A stretch of DNA of 64,000 bases. It comes from Terriglobia bacterium (lineage in GTDB: Bacteria; Acidobacteriota; Terriglobia; Bryobacterales; Bryobacteraceae). Under the pieces are notes generated by a model. That model was not told where the DNA came from. It made no database searches and worked only from the letters and a program-made list of their open reading frames with translations. Both the position numbers and the translations under genes were made by a program. This document shows positions 44,839-55,246 of the stretch, piece after piece; position 1 is the stretch's first letter, and each line of letters opens with the position of its first letter. The stretch is taken from positions 357,733 to 421,732 of the forward strand of contig CAVROL010000003.1 of NCBI GenBank assembly GCA_963722845.1, given 5' to 3'.

Positions 44839-47550
44839 AGCGTAAACACTCCGTGAACGACGCCGTCCTGGATGGGATTCAAATCGAATCCAAGGAGGCG
44901 GCACACTTCGAGCATTTGACGGTTCCCGCCCAGGATCTCGACCGTCACGCGGTCCAGCTTTTCGTCCCGCGCGATCTCGATCAGGCGCCGCGAGAGTTCG
45001 GTTCCCAATCCGCGGCCCTGATTTTCATCCGTAATCAAGACCGCCAGCTCTGCCTCGTTCTCCAGATGCGCCTTGCTGAGCCGCCCCACGGCGAGAATCT
45101 CAGGCTGGCGCGTGACTGGTTCCCGGAATTCGGCCACTAAAGCGATTTCGCGGTTGTAATCGCCAAAGCAAACTCTCAGCAGCCGGTCGTGCGATACCCG
45201 CTGGTCCAGCGAGAGCAAGTGAAAATATCGCTGATAGATGCTGCGTTCGGAAAGTCTGGCGTGGAACCGGGCAATCAAGCCCTCGTCTTCCGGACGAATG
45301 GGGCGAATCATCACTTCGGTGCCATCCTCAAAACGCCAGGGTTTGACATACTGCACGGGGTACGGCCGGATAGCCGGCAAAGGAGGATCGAGGACATCTT
45401 TCGAATAGAGGACCACGCGGGCATCCAGCGCCAGCAGTCCTTCGGCCGACGCCAGCAACGGGTTAATATCGATTTCCTTGATCCACTTTTGTTCGGTAGC
45501 CAGATAACTGAATCGCACCAGCAGCTTCTCGAGTTCCACCAGGTTCACGGGCTTGCGTCCACGAACTCCCCCGAGCGCCGAAAAGATCCTGGTCCGCTCC
45601 ATGAGCAAACGCGCCAGCGTAGTGTTCAATGGAGGCAAGCCGATCGCACGGTCCTTGTAAACCTCGACCAACTGGCCTCCACTCCCGAAGAGTAAGACCG
45701 GCCCGAACTGAGAATCGATGCTCGACCCGAGGATCAGCTCGTAACCTTCGGGCCGCACCATGGGCTGGACTGTCACCCCCAGAAAATGTTCCGCGCCGGC
45801 CGCTCGCGTAACCGATTCCTGGATGCTCGTATAGGCCGCTCGAACCGCGGCTTCGCTCGAGAGATTCAGTTGGACGCCGCCGACATCGGTCTTGTGCGTA
45901 ATGGTTTCGGAATGAAGTTTGAGAACGACCGGATAGCCCATGCGGCCGGCCGCATCCACGGCTTGATCCGCCGTGGCCGCGATTTCCGTCGTTACCGTCG
46001 GAATGCCATAAAGGGCAAGCAGACTCTTGGATTCGGCCTCGGTCAAAAGCGTGCGCCCTTTGGCGCGGACGCTATCGATCAGTTCGGCGGCTTGGGTGCG
46101 CGACCCGGTCTCCTCCGGTTCGAACGCTTCCGGCGTTTCGTAGAGCGCCTTGAGATTGGCGCTGTAGCTCCACATCAACTGGAACACGCGCGCTGCCGCA
46201 TCCGGATAGCCGTAGGTGGGAATGCCCGCCTGATTGAGAATCGCATCCGCTTTCGCGACGTCGCGGCCGCCCATCCAACTCGCAATCACCGGCTTGCCGG
46301 GAAGCTTGGCGTAGCGCGACAACTCCTGCGCAATGGCCGCGGGATCCGCCAGGCCGGTGGGCGCCAGGATGACCAGAAGCCCGTCCGTGGCGGGATCTTT
46401 GACCGCAAGGTCCACGGTTTTTGCGTAGCGTTCCGCGTTGGCATCTCCGATGATATCGATGGGATTCTGATGGCTCCAGTGGCGGGGCAGGAATCCGTTC
46501 AACTGCTCGATCGTGCCCGGAGCAAGCTCCGCCAGTTGACCGCCGTCGCCCAACAAAGCGTCGGTGGCCAGGACCGCGGGTCCGCCGGCATTGGTGACGA
46601 TGGTCAGACGAGGCCCGCTTTGGCCGCGGTTGCTTGTCCAGCGCTTCGGAGAGATAGAAAAGTTCGGCAATCGTATTCACGCGAACCACGCCGCAGCGCC
46701 GGAAGGCCGCGTCGAGAACGTCGTCCTGGCCGGTGAGCGCGCCGGTGTGCGAGGCGGCGACTTTCGCGGCGGCAGCGGTTCGGCCCGGCTTGATCACGAT
46801 GATGGGCTTCGATAACGCGACCTCGCGCGCCGCGGATAGGAACGCGCGCGCGTCCCCTACGGACTCCATGTAGATCACGATGCTCCGGGTTTTCGGATCG
46901 TCCCCGAGGTACTGGATCAGATCCGCCCATCCCACGTCGAGCATGGAGCCCACCGAGACAAACGCGCTGAATCCGACCATTTCACGCTGGCTCCAATCGA
47001 GGATGGCCGTGCACAATGCGCCGCTCTGGCTGATGAAACCGAGGTGCCCGGGACGGGCCATCGAGCTGGCAAACGTCGCGTTCAGACCGCTGTGCGGGCT
47101 CATGATGCCCAGGCAGTTCGGCCCGACAATCCGGATCTTGCTTGTCCGCGCTTCGGCGAGAATTTCCCGTTCGAGGGCAGCGCCTCGCTCGCCGATTTCC
47201 TTGAAACCGGCAGAGATGACGATCGCACCCTCCACGCCCGCGGCCGCGCACTCGCGGACGACTCCAGGAACCGTGCGCGCGGGCGTCGCGATTACAGCTA
47301 AGTCGACGTGTTCCGGAATCTCACGAATACTCGGGTAGCAGGCCAGGCCCAGGACCTCCGAGTGTTTGGGATTTACCGGATAAATCGTCCCGCCAAATGA
47401 CGTTTGCTTGAGGTTCGATACCAGCGAGCGCCCTACGCCCGCCAAATCCTCCGTAGCGCCGATGACCGCCACATTGCGGGGCCGGAAGAAAACGTCCAGC
47501 GACGCGCGGCGCTCCGGTATGGATGTCGATGAAACTACGGCCATGCTCAA
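44835..47550 (-). CDS. Pat-like protein acetyltransferase (ADP-forming acyl-CoA synthetase-like domains plus C-terminal GNAT); one frame break near 46620-46635
   Basis: Track ORFs 46072-47550 and 44835-46670 join as ...[12 protein letters not shown] / [19 protein letters not shown].... A CoA-binding N-terminus (VAVIGATED), ATP-grasp text and a GNAT motif ([11 protein letters not shown]) are present. Confidence 0.85.
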
Positions 47551-47622
47551 TCAAACCACATGCAATCGCGACGCCAGGAGGAAGGCGCCTGTTTGGAACT
47601 CGCACTGCTCTGTGAATGGCAA

Positions 47623-48030
47623 ATGGAAAGCCACACTCGATATCTGAATGGAAAGAAGTTTGAGACCACCGTCGGCAGGCACAGGATCATTACGGACCAG
47701 CCAGTCTCGGGAGGTGGTGCAGACGCGGGAGCTTCGCCTCCCGAGCTGCTGCTAGCCTCGCTGGGAGCCTGTGCCGGTCACTATGCGGTCGAGTATCTGC
47801 ATGCCCGGTCCTTGTCTGCGGCGGAGCTCGAAATTCGCGTTTCTGCGGCAAAAGGCACAAACCCTGCGCGACTTGCCACATTCCGAGTCGAGGTGAATGT
47901 TCCGGGAATCGACGAACGCCATCAACAGGGCCTCCTGCGTGCGGTCAAAACCTGTCTCATTCACAACACGCTTATAACGGGTCCCGCTCTGGAAGTGGTA
48001 GTGACCACGGCGCAGACTGTTTCGGTGTAG
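47623..48030 (+). CDS. OsmC-family protein
   Basis: Inner part of track ORF 47560-48030, starting at MESHTRYLNGKKF. The text is ...GASPPELLLASLGACAGHYAV...LLRAVKTCLIHNTL. Confidence 0.8.
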   Translation: MESHTRYLNGKKFETTVGRHRIITDQPVSGGGADAGASPPELLLASLGACAGHYAVEYLHARSLSAAELEIRVSAAKGTNPARLATFRVEVNVPGIDERHQQGLLRAVKTCLIHNTLITGPALEVVVTTAQTVSV

Positions 48031-48034
48031 GCGT

Positions 48035-48910
48035 TCAGCCCGACGCTCGCACCAGCAACACGGAACAGGGGGCGTTCCAGGCGACCTTGGTCGATACACT
48101 CCCTAGCATCTGGTGCTTCAGATCGAGCGCGCCGCTAGCGCCCATGACCACCAGGTCGTAATCGCCGGTTTCCGCTTCACCCAGGATTTCTTCCGCCGGA
48201 ATTCCACGATAGATGAGCGTGTTCGTCGCGGTTCGAGCGGGCAGTCTTTGGCGGGCGCTTTCGAGAATCTCGTCGCCTTCCCGCTCGAATTCCCGCTCGA
48301 ACTGCGCCTGCGCGTCGATTTCTTCTTCCTTCTCCTCTTCGTAGCCGATCCACTCCTGATCGGAGCCGGCGTGCAGCCACGGCGTTTCCACGACGTGGAC
48401 CAGGGTTATCTCGGCAGCAGACAGATCTACCGACGCCGCGATTGTATCCAGCGCCAGCACGGACCCCTCCGAGCCATCCACAGGCACCAGAATCTTAAGG
48501 CCTGCATCGCTGTGCAGCTCACGGCCAATCAAAACGGCGCTGTTGGCATGCTCGACCACGCGGCTCGTGACAGGTCCCAGCCCGGCAGGAGTTCGGTTCT
48601 TATGACTCTTAGCTCCGACCACGGTGACGTCATAGTTAAGTGATGCCGCAACCAGGGCCCGTGCTGCCGAGCCGGGCTGAACGATCGGCTTCGCACTGAT
48701 GCCCTCCTCCCTCAAAGCAGCAGCAGCGGCCTCCAGAATGCGCTTGGCGCGGCGGCACAGCTTCGCTCGATGAGCGTGATGCTTCGCGCCAACGACCGGC
48801 GCTACGCACAGCAAATCGATTTCGCGATCTTGGGGTGAAAGAATCCGGCAGGCGCTGGTCAACGCGTGACCTGCATTCTTCGATCCGTCAGTGGCCATCA
48901 GGACTTTCAT
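48035..48910 (-). CDS. Tandem-domain universal stress protein (UspA family)
   Basis: The 291-aa track ORF reads MKVLMATDGSKNAGHAL...VVGAKSHK... and has a second USP domain ending ...VVMGASGALDLKHQMLGSVSTKVAWNAPCSVLLVR. Confidence 0.85.
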   Translation of the reverse strand: MKVLMATDGSKNAGHALTSACRILSPQDREIDLLCVAPVVGAKHHAHRAKLCRRAKRILEAAAAALREEGISAKPIVQPGSAARALVAASLNYDVTVVGAKSHKNRTPAGLGPVTSRVVEHANSAVLIGRELHSDAGLKILVPVDGSEGSVLALDTIAASVDLSAAEITLVHVVETPWLHAGSDQEWIGYEEEKEEEIDAQAQFEREFEREGDEILESARQRLPARTATNTLIYRGIPAEEILGEAETGDYDLVVMGASGALDLKHQMLGSVSTKVAWNAPCSVLLVRASG

Positions 48911-49443
48911 TGCAACTTCTCCAGCGGACCGGTCTCTGCAGAGGTAGCTTGCACGGGTGGGTCCAATCCGGGTGGAGCCGGTTTTGACGCCATTCGAGCT
49001 CGGACGACAAAGCGCCGCGGGGCTGGCCCGATATAGTCGAACGGAAAGCAGGTGATCAGAGTGAGCGACTTGGCGGATATATATTGCTCAAAAGAGAGCG
49101 ACTCATCCGGCGGAACAACCTGGATGGAGTCGACTGTATATTGAAACGAACCACTCCGCGTTTTCACCCGAATCGGGTCACCCTGTGCGATGCCGCGCAG
49201 CGGGCGGAAAAATGTATCGCGATGGCCCAACACGACGAGGACGTTCTCCACCACGGGAACACCGGCGATCATGACCGGTTCATTGAATGTAACCTCTGTC
49301 CGTTTGTCATAGTCGCTCGCCAGGAGAATTCCTCCCAACAGCAGCAAGCTACCTAATACCGGGACTGCACTGATACACATGACATTTTTCCCAATCTCTG
49401 CACCCAGCGTCCATGCGGGGTTCAAACACTGACTACAGGACAC
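48907..49443 (-). CDS. Sortase-fold transpeptidase-like protein, N-terminally abbreviated
   Basis: 178-aa track ORF with a TM anchor (ISAVPVLGSLLLLGGILLA), the His motif VLGHRDTFFRPL, the Cys motif LTLITCFPFDYIG and the Arg motif PRRFVVRA. Only about 30 aa lie between the TM helix and the His motif. The start could be ATG 49380. Confidence 0.6.
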   Translation of the reverse strand: MSCSQCLNPAWTLGAEIGKNVMCISAVPVLGSLLLLGGILLASDYDKRTEVTFNEPVMIAGVPVVENVLVVLGHRDTFFRPLRGIAQGDPIRVKTRSGSFQYTVDSIQVVPPDESLSFEQYISAKSLTLITCFPFDYIGPAPRRFVVRARMASKPAPPGLDPPVQATSAETGPLEKLQ

Positions 49444-50270
49444 GGAGCATCACGCACAATTGAATAGGCGTTTGGCCGCAAGCGCCCCAACACTCCTTCG
49501 CGCCGGCTGCGGCCGATCACGACCAGATCGGCGTTCCTTCGGGTGGCCGCGGCTTGCACGACCTGGGAGGGATTTCCCTCTTCGATCAGAATTTCACCCT
49601 GCACCGAAAGCTTCCGCTGCAGGCACAGGATGTACTCGTTCGCCCGAGTGGCGCTCATGTCCGAGGGATTCCGAGGCTCCAGCTCGCGAACAGCGTGCAC
49701 CACGATAAGCTCCGATTGGAATTCAGCCGCGAAGTCGCGCGCCCACAGCAGGGCCGCTTCAGCCGCGGGAAGATCGATCGCACAGATCACCCTGCCGATT
49801 CGCTTCCACAGGGGCTGCCAACCCTTATGCAAATGCGCCCCGGTCCACACCGGAGCGTCGACATCATGCAAAACCTTGGCGGCAACCGAGCCCAGCAGGA
49901 ATTTCCGAAAAGGCCCGTATCCGTGGGTCGGCATCACAATCAGGCTGGGTCTTTCGATGTGGGCAACTTCGACAATGCTGGCCGCCGGATCGCCCGTCAC
50001 GACGATCTTCCTTACGTCGACTCCAGCGAGATCGGCCTGGTGATAAACGTCCAATTCCTTACGCCCCTGGGCTTCCAGTGCGGTGATCCACCCGGTATCG
50101 ATCGGCCCGCTAAACTCGCGGGGCGAAATCAGCGCGGGAACTTGGATCGGATTCACGTGCAGCAGAATCAACCCGGCGCTAAAATGCCGGGCCAGAGCCG
50201 CCGCCTGTTGAGCGGCCCCTTCTCCTTGTTCGGAGAAATCCACCGGCAGTAGAATCTTTGTCAGCTTCAT
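49422..50270 (-). CDS. Tandem-domain universal stress protein (UspA family)
   Basis: The 282-aa track ORF reads MKLTKILLPVDFSEQGEGAAQQAA...LIVMPTHGYGPFRKFLLGSVAAKVLHDVDAPVW.... The second domain ends ...VVIGRSRREGVLGRLRPNAYSIVRDAPCPVVSV. Confidence 0.85.
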   Translation of the reverse strand: MKLTKILLPVDFSEQGEGAAQQAAALARHFSAGLILLHVNPIQVPALISPREFSGPIDTGWITALEAQGRKELDVYHQADLAGVDVRKIVVTGDPAASIVEVAHIERPSLIVMPTHGYGPFRKFLLGSVAAKVLHDVDAPVWTGAHLHKGWQPLWKRIGRVICAIDLPAAEAALLWARDFAAEFQSELIVVHAVRELEPRNPSDMSATRANEYILCLQRKLSVQGEILIEEGNPSQVVQAAATRRNADLVVIGRSRREGVLGRLRPNAYSIVRDAPCPVVSV

Positions 50271-50305
50271 GGCGACTGGCTCCCGACGCTTCGGTCAACA
50301 CATGC

Positions 50306-51472
50306 CTAGTAGCGCAGGATAGCGGCCAGCGGATCAGCCGGCGCCATTTTGTCCTGCGGCAGCATGAAGACCTCGCCTCCGGCACGCAGTGTCTCGACGA
50401 CCGCGGCATTGATCAGATCTTCGCCGTCCGGACCTGCGACCTCCGCACCTGCGCGCACGCACAGACGATGCACTCGGCCTTCTCCCGCGGCCCGTGCCAC
50501 GGCCGAAACATCGGCCAGCGTGCGAGCGCGGTCAGGCATCTCGCGATATTCGGCGAGAACCCGCTCCCCGATCCGTTGATGATGCTCCTCACGTGCTGTG
50601 GCGGCGCGAGCTGCGACATCGGGCAGCGTCAGAACATCGATACTGCCCAGACAATCGACCGTCATAATATGGGCGTACTTCGCAGCTCGCCGGTAAGCAG
50701 TCACTTCTTCGTGAACTCCCATGAGCAATAAAGGCTTGCCGTCCAATGCATGCTTCAGTTCGCGGTCGACGGTCTCAAAGAAATGATGCAGATACTCGGG
50801 AAATTTTTCGCGATCCGACAAGGTTCCCACGCGGATGCCACGCATGGCGCCGGTGGAGGGTCCACTGGCGGATCGCGTCTCCAAAGTATGGTCGGGTTTG
50901 TCGAAACCGCCCGCGGCATCCAGGCCCGCAGGCACCCCAGCCGGCAGTGCCAGTTCCCGGCACTCGCCATTCAAATAGTGGAACAACCGCAATTGCTTGG
51001 TGCTCAGCCCGAGCACGAAGAATTCATGGGGCGCATAAGCGTCGGCGACGAACGGAGTCAGATGGAAGTGGCCGGCGATTACCAGTTTCTCAACCGGGTT
51101 ATTTCCAGGTGTGTTGGGCAGATAATAGCGCGCAGTGTACTCAGGGGAACGGAAGATGGCGAATCCATCTCCGCCCGCCTCGGCTCCCGATTCCCGAGCC
51201 ATCTCTTCCAGCGGCGCCAGCAGTTCGTCAACCTGGACAGTGCCCGCCCGCTTGCCGTGCGTCAGGTGTTCGCCGGCGGTTCGGACCAGCGCATGAACCA
51301 GAGCCTTGCGCGAACCTTCCTGCGCGCCCGGATGATGAGCCGGAACGACGATGGTGATACATGGACCCTGGCATCCGGCCAGGAACTTCATGGCATGGCC
51401 GTCCAGAATCCCGGAGATTGCGCTTAACGTTGACGTTGTCATTGGGGTCTCTCTAGCCATCCCTTCATGCAC
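50306..51472 (-). CDS. Hypothetical protein resembling bacterial eRF1-like (baeRF3-type) proteins
   Basis: 388-aa track ORF. The text pattern GPCITIVVPAHHPG...GDGFAIFRSPEYTARYYLP...LVIAGHFHLTPF...FFVLGLSTKQLRLFHY...PLLLMGVHEEVTAYRRAAKY...AAGEGRVHRLCV matches my memory of that family. There is no HMM confirmation. Confidence 0.45.
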   Translation of the reverse strand: MHEGMARETPMTTSTLSAISGILDGHAMKFLAGCQGPCITIVVPAHHPGAQEGSRKALVHALVRTAGEHLTHGKRAGTVQVDELLAPLEEMARESGAEAGGDGFAIFRSPEYTARYYLPNTPGNNPVEKLVIAGHFHLTPFVADAYAPHEFFVLGLSTKQLRLFHYLNGECRELALPAGVPAGLDAAGGFDKPDHTLETRSASGPSTGAMRGIRVGTLSDREKFPEYLHHFFETVDRELKHALDGKPLLLMGVHEEVTAYRRAAKYAHIMTVDCLGSIDVLTLPDVAARAATAREEHHQRIGERVLAEYREMPDRARTLADVSAVARAAGEGRVHRLCVRAGAEVAGPDGEDLINAAVVETLRAGGEVFMLPQDKMAPADPLAAILRY

Positions 51473-51608
51473 GGGAAGTGCCGGACTGGAAAACGCGATT
51501 AAAGGGCGTGGATCGCGAGGTTGACCCGTTTATGTGCGAGAGAGCGCAGGCGAGGTGGGTCCTTTTACGCAGGAGCCTCGTAACTTCATAGCTTCGGCCA
51601 GTTCCAGA

Positions 51609-52671
51609 CTAGTTCAAGCGGCCTTGGAAAGCATTCTCAAGCAACTGGCGAACTCCGCTGCGCGTGACCGGGCGCGGATTGTAGTAGGGATTCTGGACGG
51701 CGAGATCGGCGGCCTGATCCAGTTGCTTGACGCCGCATCCCCAAAGATTCGAGCGAGACGGGCGCGCCGAGGGATACAGCCAGGTCATATAGCCCTTGCG
51801 CGGCCGAAGCGAGCGCCGATAGCGCGTGCGATGCGTTCCATCGCTTCAGGCGCCGCTGTAGCGTTATACGCGACGGCGTGCGGCAGCACCACCGTATGCG
51901 TTTCCGCGTGCGGCAGATTGAAGGATCCGCCCAGCGTGTGGCACAACTTGTGATGCAGCGCCATGCCGACCGCGCCCAGGGAGACGCCTCCCAGCCATGC
52001 TCCGTAAAGCGCTCGGGAGCGCGCGTCGATACTCTCCGGCTGCTTCGCAACCTCCCGCAGACCGTCGGCGAGTGCCCGAATTCCTTCCTCGGCGATCAGC
52101 GAAATGATCGGATTGGCGTCGCGTCGAATACAGCGCCTCGACGCAGTGCGCGATGGCATTGATGCCGCTGGTGACCGACAGCGCTACAGGCAGCGACGTC
52201 GTCAGCGCCGGATCGTAGATCACTGTTTTGGGCAGGACGCAGAACGTCGCGCCCGGTCTTCTTCACGCCGCCTTCGGTGATCCCCCAAATGGGCGTCATC
52301 TCCGATCCGGCATAGGTGGTCGGGATCGCGAGAATCGGCAGTCGCGATGTGAGCGCGATGGCTTTGGCGAGCCCCGTGGTCGAGCCGCCGCCGATCGCCA
52401 CGCAGCAGTCCACATGTAGGCGGCGCGCCTTATCGCGCGCCTCTTCCGCGACCGCGACGGGAACATGCATCGCCGCGCCGTCGAACACGCCCGCGGATCG
52501 AGCGCCGAGCATGACAACGATATCGGCGCCGATAGCACGCTGTTCAGGAGTGCACAGCACCAGCGCTCGTGTCGCGCCTAATTTGTCGATTTCTTCGGGA
52601 AGTTTTTGGAGCGATCCCGCGCCAAACACCACGCGGGATGGAAGCGCTTCATAGACGAAGGGCGGGAACAT
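51609..52671 (-). pseudogene. Maleylacetate reductase (iron-containing alcohol dehydrogenase family), about 4 frame breaks
   Basis: Five frame pieces join: MFPPFVYEALPSRVVFGAG...CVAIGGGSTTGLAKAIA...GGVKKTGRDVLRPA / KTVIYDPALTTSLPVALSVTSGINAIAHCVEALYS / ...NPIISLIAEEGIRAL...MALHHKLCHTLGGSFNLPHAETHTVVLPH... / ...AQGLYDLAVSLGAPVSLESLGM / ...ADLAVQNPYYNPRPVTRSGVRQLLENAFQGRLN*. One break lies in the T4G3 run at 52226-52232. Confidence 0.8.
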
Positions 52672-54446
52672 TGTTTTTGCGGCGACGTAGGCGTTCGACC
52701 TGGTTTTCGAGGACTTGCAAGCGGGACGCTGCCCGCGCGCAGCACGACGTTGTGGAATTCGCGCAGCGCGAAGCGATTGCCCAGCGCCTTTTGGGCTTTG
52801 TCGCGGAGTTCCAAAATCTTCAGCTCGCCGATCATGTAAGAGCACGCTTGGCCCGGATACACGGTGTAGCGTTCCACTTCGCTCGCTTCGATCCCGTAGT
52901 CGATGGCCTGCTGCCGGGTCCAGCGCTTGGCGTGCAAGCCGGTATCGATCACCAGCCGCCGCGCGCGCATCAGCTCGTAATCCAGTTGCCCCAGTTGGCC
53001 TTCGATATCGTCGCCATACCAGCCGGATTCCGCGGCCAGGCGCTCGGCGTACAGCCCCCAGCCTTCGGTGATCGCCGAAATGCCACCCAGCGCGCGGACC
53101 TGCATGAATCGCGGCAGGTCGTGATTCTCCACTTGCAGAGCGATATGAAAATGATGCCCGGGAACCGTTTCGTGATACACCACGCTGCGCAGCCCGAACC
53201 TGGTCATCCACTCGATGCGGCGCGGAAACTGGAACGTGCCGGGCCGCGACCCGTCAGGCGCCGGAGCATTGTAGTTCGCCGCGGCGTTGGCTTCGCGGAA
53301 GCGCGGGAACGGCTGTGCAACCACCGGCGCCTTCGGGCGGAGATCGAACAACAGCGCAGCGCGTTTTTCGGCGTCGCGAATGATCGCGTCGATGTCGCGC
53401 ATGATCTGCGCGCGGCTCTCGTCAGAGGTCGGATTGGGATATTGCAAATCGAGCTTGAGCTTCGCGATGCGTTCTTTCACCGGCCCCGCGGTGCGCCCCA
53501 ACTGCCGCAAAAGACCATCCATCTGCGCTTCGATGCGCGCAACCTGCTCTAATCCGATCTCGTGAATCTGGTCCGCCGTGAGGTTCGTGGTGGTATAACG
53601 CTTGAGAAAAAACGCATACGCTTCGGGACCGCCCTTCAGCCGCCACAGGCCCGCGTCATTGGTCGAACGCGGAAGCTGGGCCTGCAGCGTGGCAGCCGCC
53701 TTCTTCCACGCCGGATAAATCTGCGTGCCCACGACCTTCTCGGCTTCCGCCCGAAGCTGCTCGCGCTGCCCGGCGGGAATCGCCGGCACTGCGGCCATCT
53801 TGTCCGCAAACGCCGTGACGAACGGATTCTGGCCCGGCGACGGATCCACGAAGCTCTGGATCTGCTTGATGGTGGCCTCCAGAATAAAACGCGGAGGAAT
53901 CACGTTCTTCGCGGCCAGCCGGCGCGATTCGGCGATGGCTTCTTCCATCCGCGCGCTCACCTGCCCCAGCGCGGCGACGTAGTTCTCGGCGTCCCTGGGC
54001 TTCGATAGCGGACGCGCCACCGTGAATCGTTCTACCGAGGCGACGTTCCAGCCATTCATCTGCTCCAGCGGAAAGCTGTAGTCCCAGTACGGCTCTTCGG
54101 CGACCACCATCTCCAGTTGCCAGGCCATGACTTCAGCCGAAATGCGTTGGGTATCCGTCATTCCGGCCCGATCGAACTTACGGAGTTCCGCCAGGCCCTT
54201 ACGAGCAAGCTGGAGCCGCTGGCGAGCCGACGCGATCGTCAGCGGTGTGAGCTGCCGCTCCAGCCGGTCTTGCTCCTCGCCGGTGAAGTAACGCAGCGAA
54301 GTCGCCAGGTTGGGATTAATGCGGATCCATTCATCGGTGAACTCGCGGAAGAAATCATCAATGGTCCGGGGAGGTTGCGCGAAAGTAGACTTCGACGCAA
54401 CTCCTGCCGCGACCAGAGCCAGACAAGCCGTTCTGCGGGTGAGCAT
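52578..54446 (-). CDS. DUF885-family protein (metallopeptidase-like HExxH-variant fold), secreted; 3' end uncertain
   Basis: 622-aa track ORF with a signal peptide MLTRRTACLALVAAGVASKSTFA and the text VYHETVPGHHFHIALQ. After ...VVLRAGSVPL the listed frame turns non-protein-like. Another frame gives LQVLENQVE..., so a frame break near 52700 is likely. The true stop probably lies near 52650-52680. Confidence 0.75.
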   Translation of the reverse strand: MLTRRTACLALVAAGVASKSTFAQPPRTIDDFFREFTDEWIRINPNLATSLRYFTGEEQDRLERQLTPLTIASARQRLQLARKGLAELRKFDRAGMTDTQRISAEVMAWQLEMVVAEEPYWDYSFPLEQMNGWNVASVERFTVARPLSKPRDAENYVAALGQVSARMEEAIAESRRLAAKNVIPPRFILEATIKQIQSFVDPSPGQNPFVTAFADKMAAVPAIPAGQREQLRAEAEKVVGTQIYPAWKKAAATLQAQLPRSTNDAGLWRLKGGPEAYAFFLKRYTTTNLTADQIHEIGLEQVARIEAQMDGLLRQLGRTAGPVKERIAKLKLDLQYPNPTSDESRAQIMRDIDAIIRDAEKRAALLFDLRPKAPVVAQPFPRFREANAAANYNAPAPDGSRPGTFQFPRRIEWMTRFGLRSVVYHETVPGHHFHIALQVENHDLPRFMQVRALGGISAITEGWGLYAERLAAESGWYGDDIEGQLGQLDYELMRARRLVIDTGLHAKRWTRQQAIDYGIEASEVERYTVYPGQACSYMIGELKILELRDKAQKALGNRFALREFHNVVLRAGSVPLASPRKPGRTPTSPQKQCSRPSSMKRFHPAWCLARDRSKNFPKKSTN

Positions 54447-54466
54447 CGGACCCCCTGTTGTTGAGT

Positions 54467-55246
54467 TTATGCCTGGCCGGCGTGGGCCCGTGCAGTGCGT
54501 TCGTTCAAATCTCTCAGAACTCGAAGCTCAGCGGCCGTGGGAGCCGCGGTAGTCTCCAGATTCGGCGCAACCTTCAGCGGCCATCCCGTGGCGGCGACCA
54601 CCTGCTCCACGGTAATGCCCGGATGCAGGCTGGTTAACGTGAGCTCCTTGGTTTCGGGATCGGGAGTGAGAATGCCCAGGTCGGTGATTACATTGGTGGG
54701 GCCCTTCCCCGGCAATCCGAGCTTCTGCCGGCTGTCGCCGCCCTCGAAATAGCCACCCGACGTAAGAAAGTCCAGTTTCTTCACGAACGCCCGATTGTTC
54801 TGGCGCAGCGTGATCAGCACCTCGCCGCAGAAGCCGGCGATTTCCTGCGCGCCGCCCGATCCGGGCAGCCGCACCTTGGGCTTGTTGTAATCGCCGATGA
54901 CGGTGCTGTTGATGTTGGCGTACTTGTCGATCTGCGCCGCGCCCAGGAATCCGAGGCCGATCCGGCCGCCTTGCAGCCAGTAGGAAAATATCTCGGGGAT
55001 CGAGACCACGGCGTCGGCTGTTTCGGAAAGCTCGCCGTCGCCGATCGAGAGCGGCAGCACCGTGGGCTTCGCCCCGATGGTCCCCGACTCGTAGATCAAC
55101 ACGGTATCGGGAGCATGCGTCAGGCGGGCCAGGTTGGCGGCCGCGCTCGGCAGGCCGATGCCGACAAACAGCGTCACGCCGTTGCGGATCATGCGCGCTG
55201 CCTGGATGGTCATCATCTCATCGGATGTATAGGCTGCGTCAGGCAT
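54467..55246 (-). CDS. CoA-transferase subunit B (family I, glutaconate/3-oxoacid CoA-transferase type)
   Basis: The 259-aa track ORF reads ...LFVGIGLPSAAANLA...VLIYESGTIGA...LGFLGAAQIDKYANINSTVIG...RLPGSGGAQEIA. Confidence 0.85.
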   Translation of the reverse strand: MPDAAYTSDEMMTIQAARMIRNGVTLFVGIGLPSAAANLARLTHAPDTVLIYESGTIGAKPTVLPLSIGDGELSETADAVVSIPEIFSYWLQGGRIGLGFLGAAQIDKYANINSTVIGDYNKPKVRLPGSGGAQEIAGFCGEVLITLRQNNRAFVKKLDFLTSGGYFEGGDSRQKLGLPGKGPTNVITDLGILTPDPETKELTLTSLHPGITVEQVVAATGWPLKVAPNLETTAAPTAAELRVLRDLNERTARAHAGQA

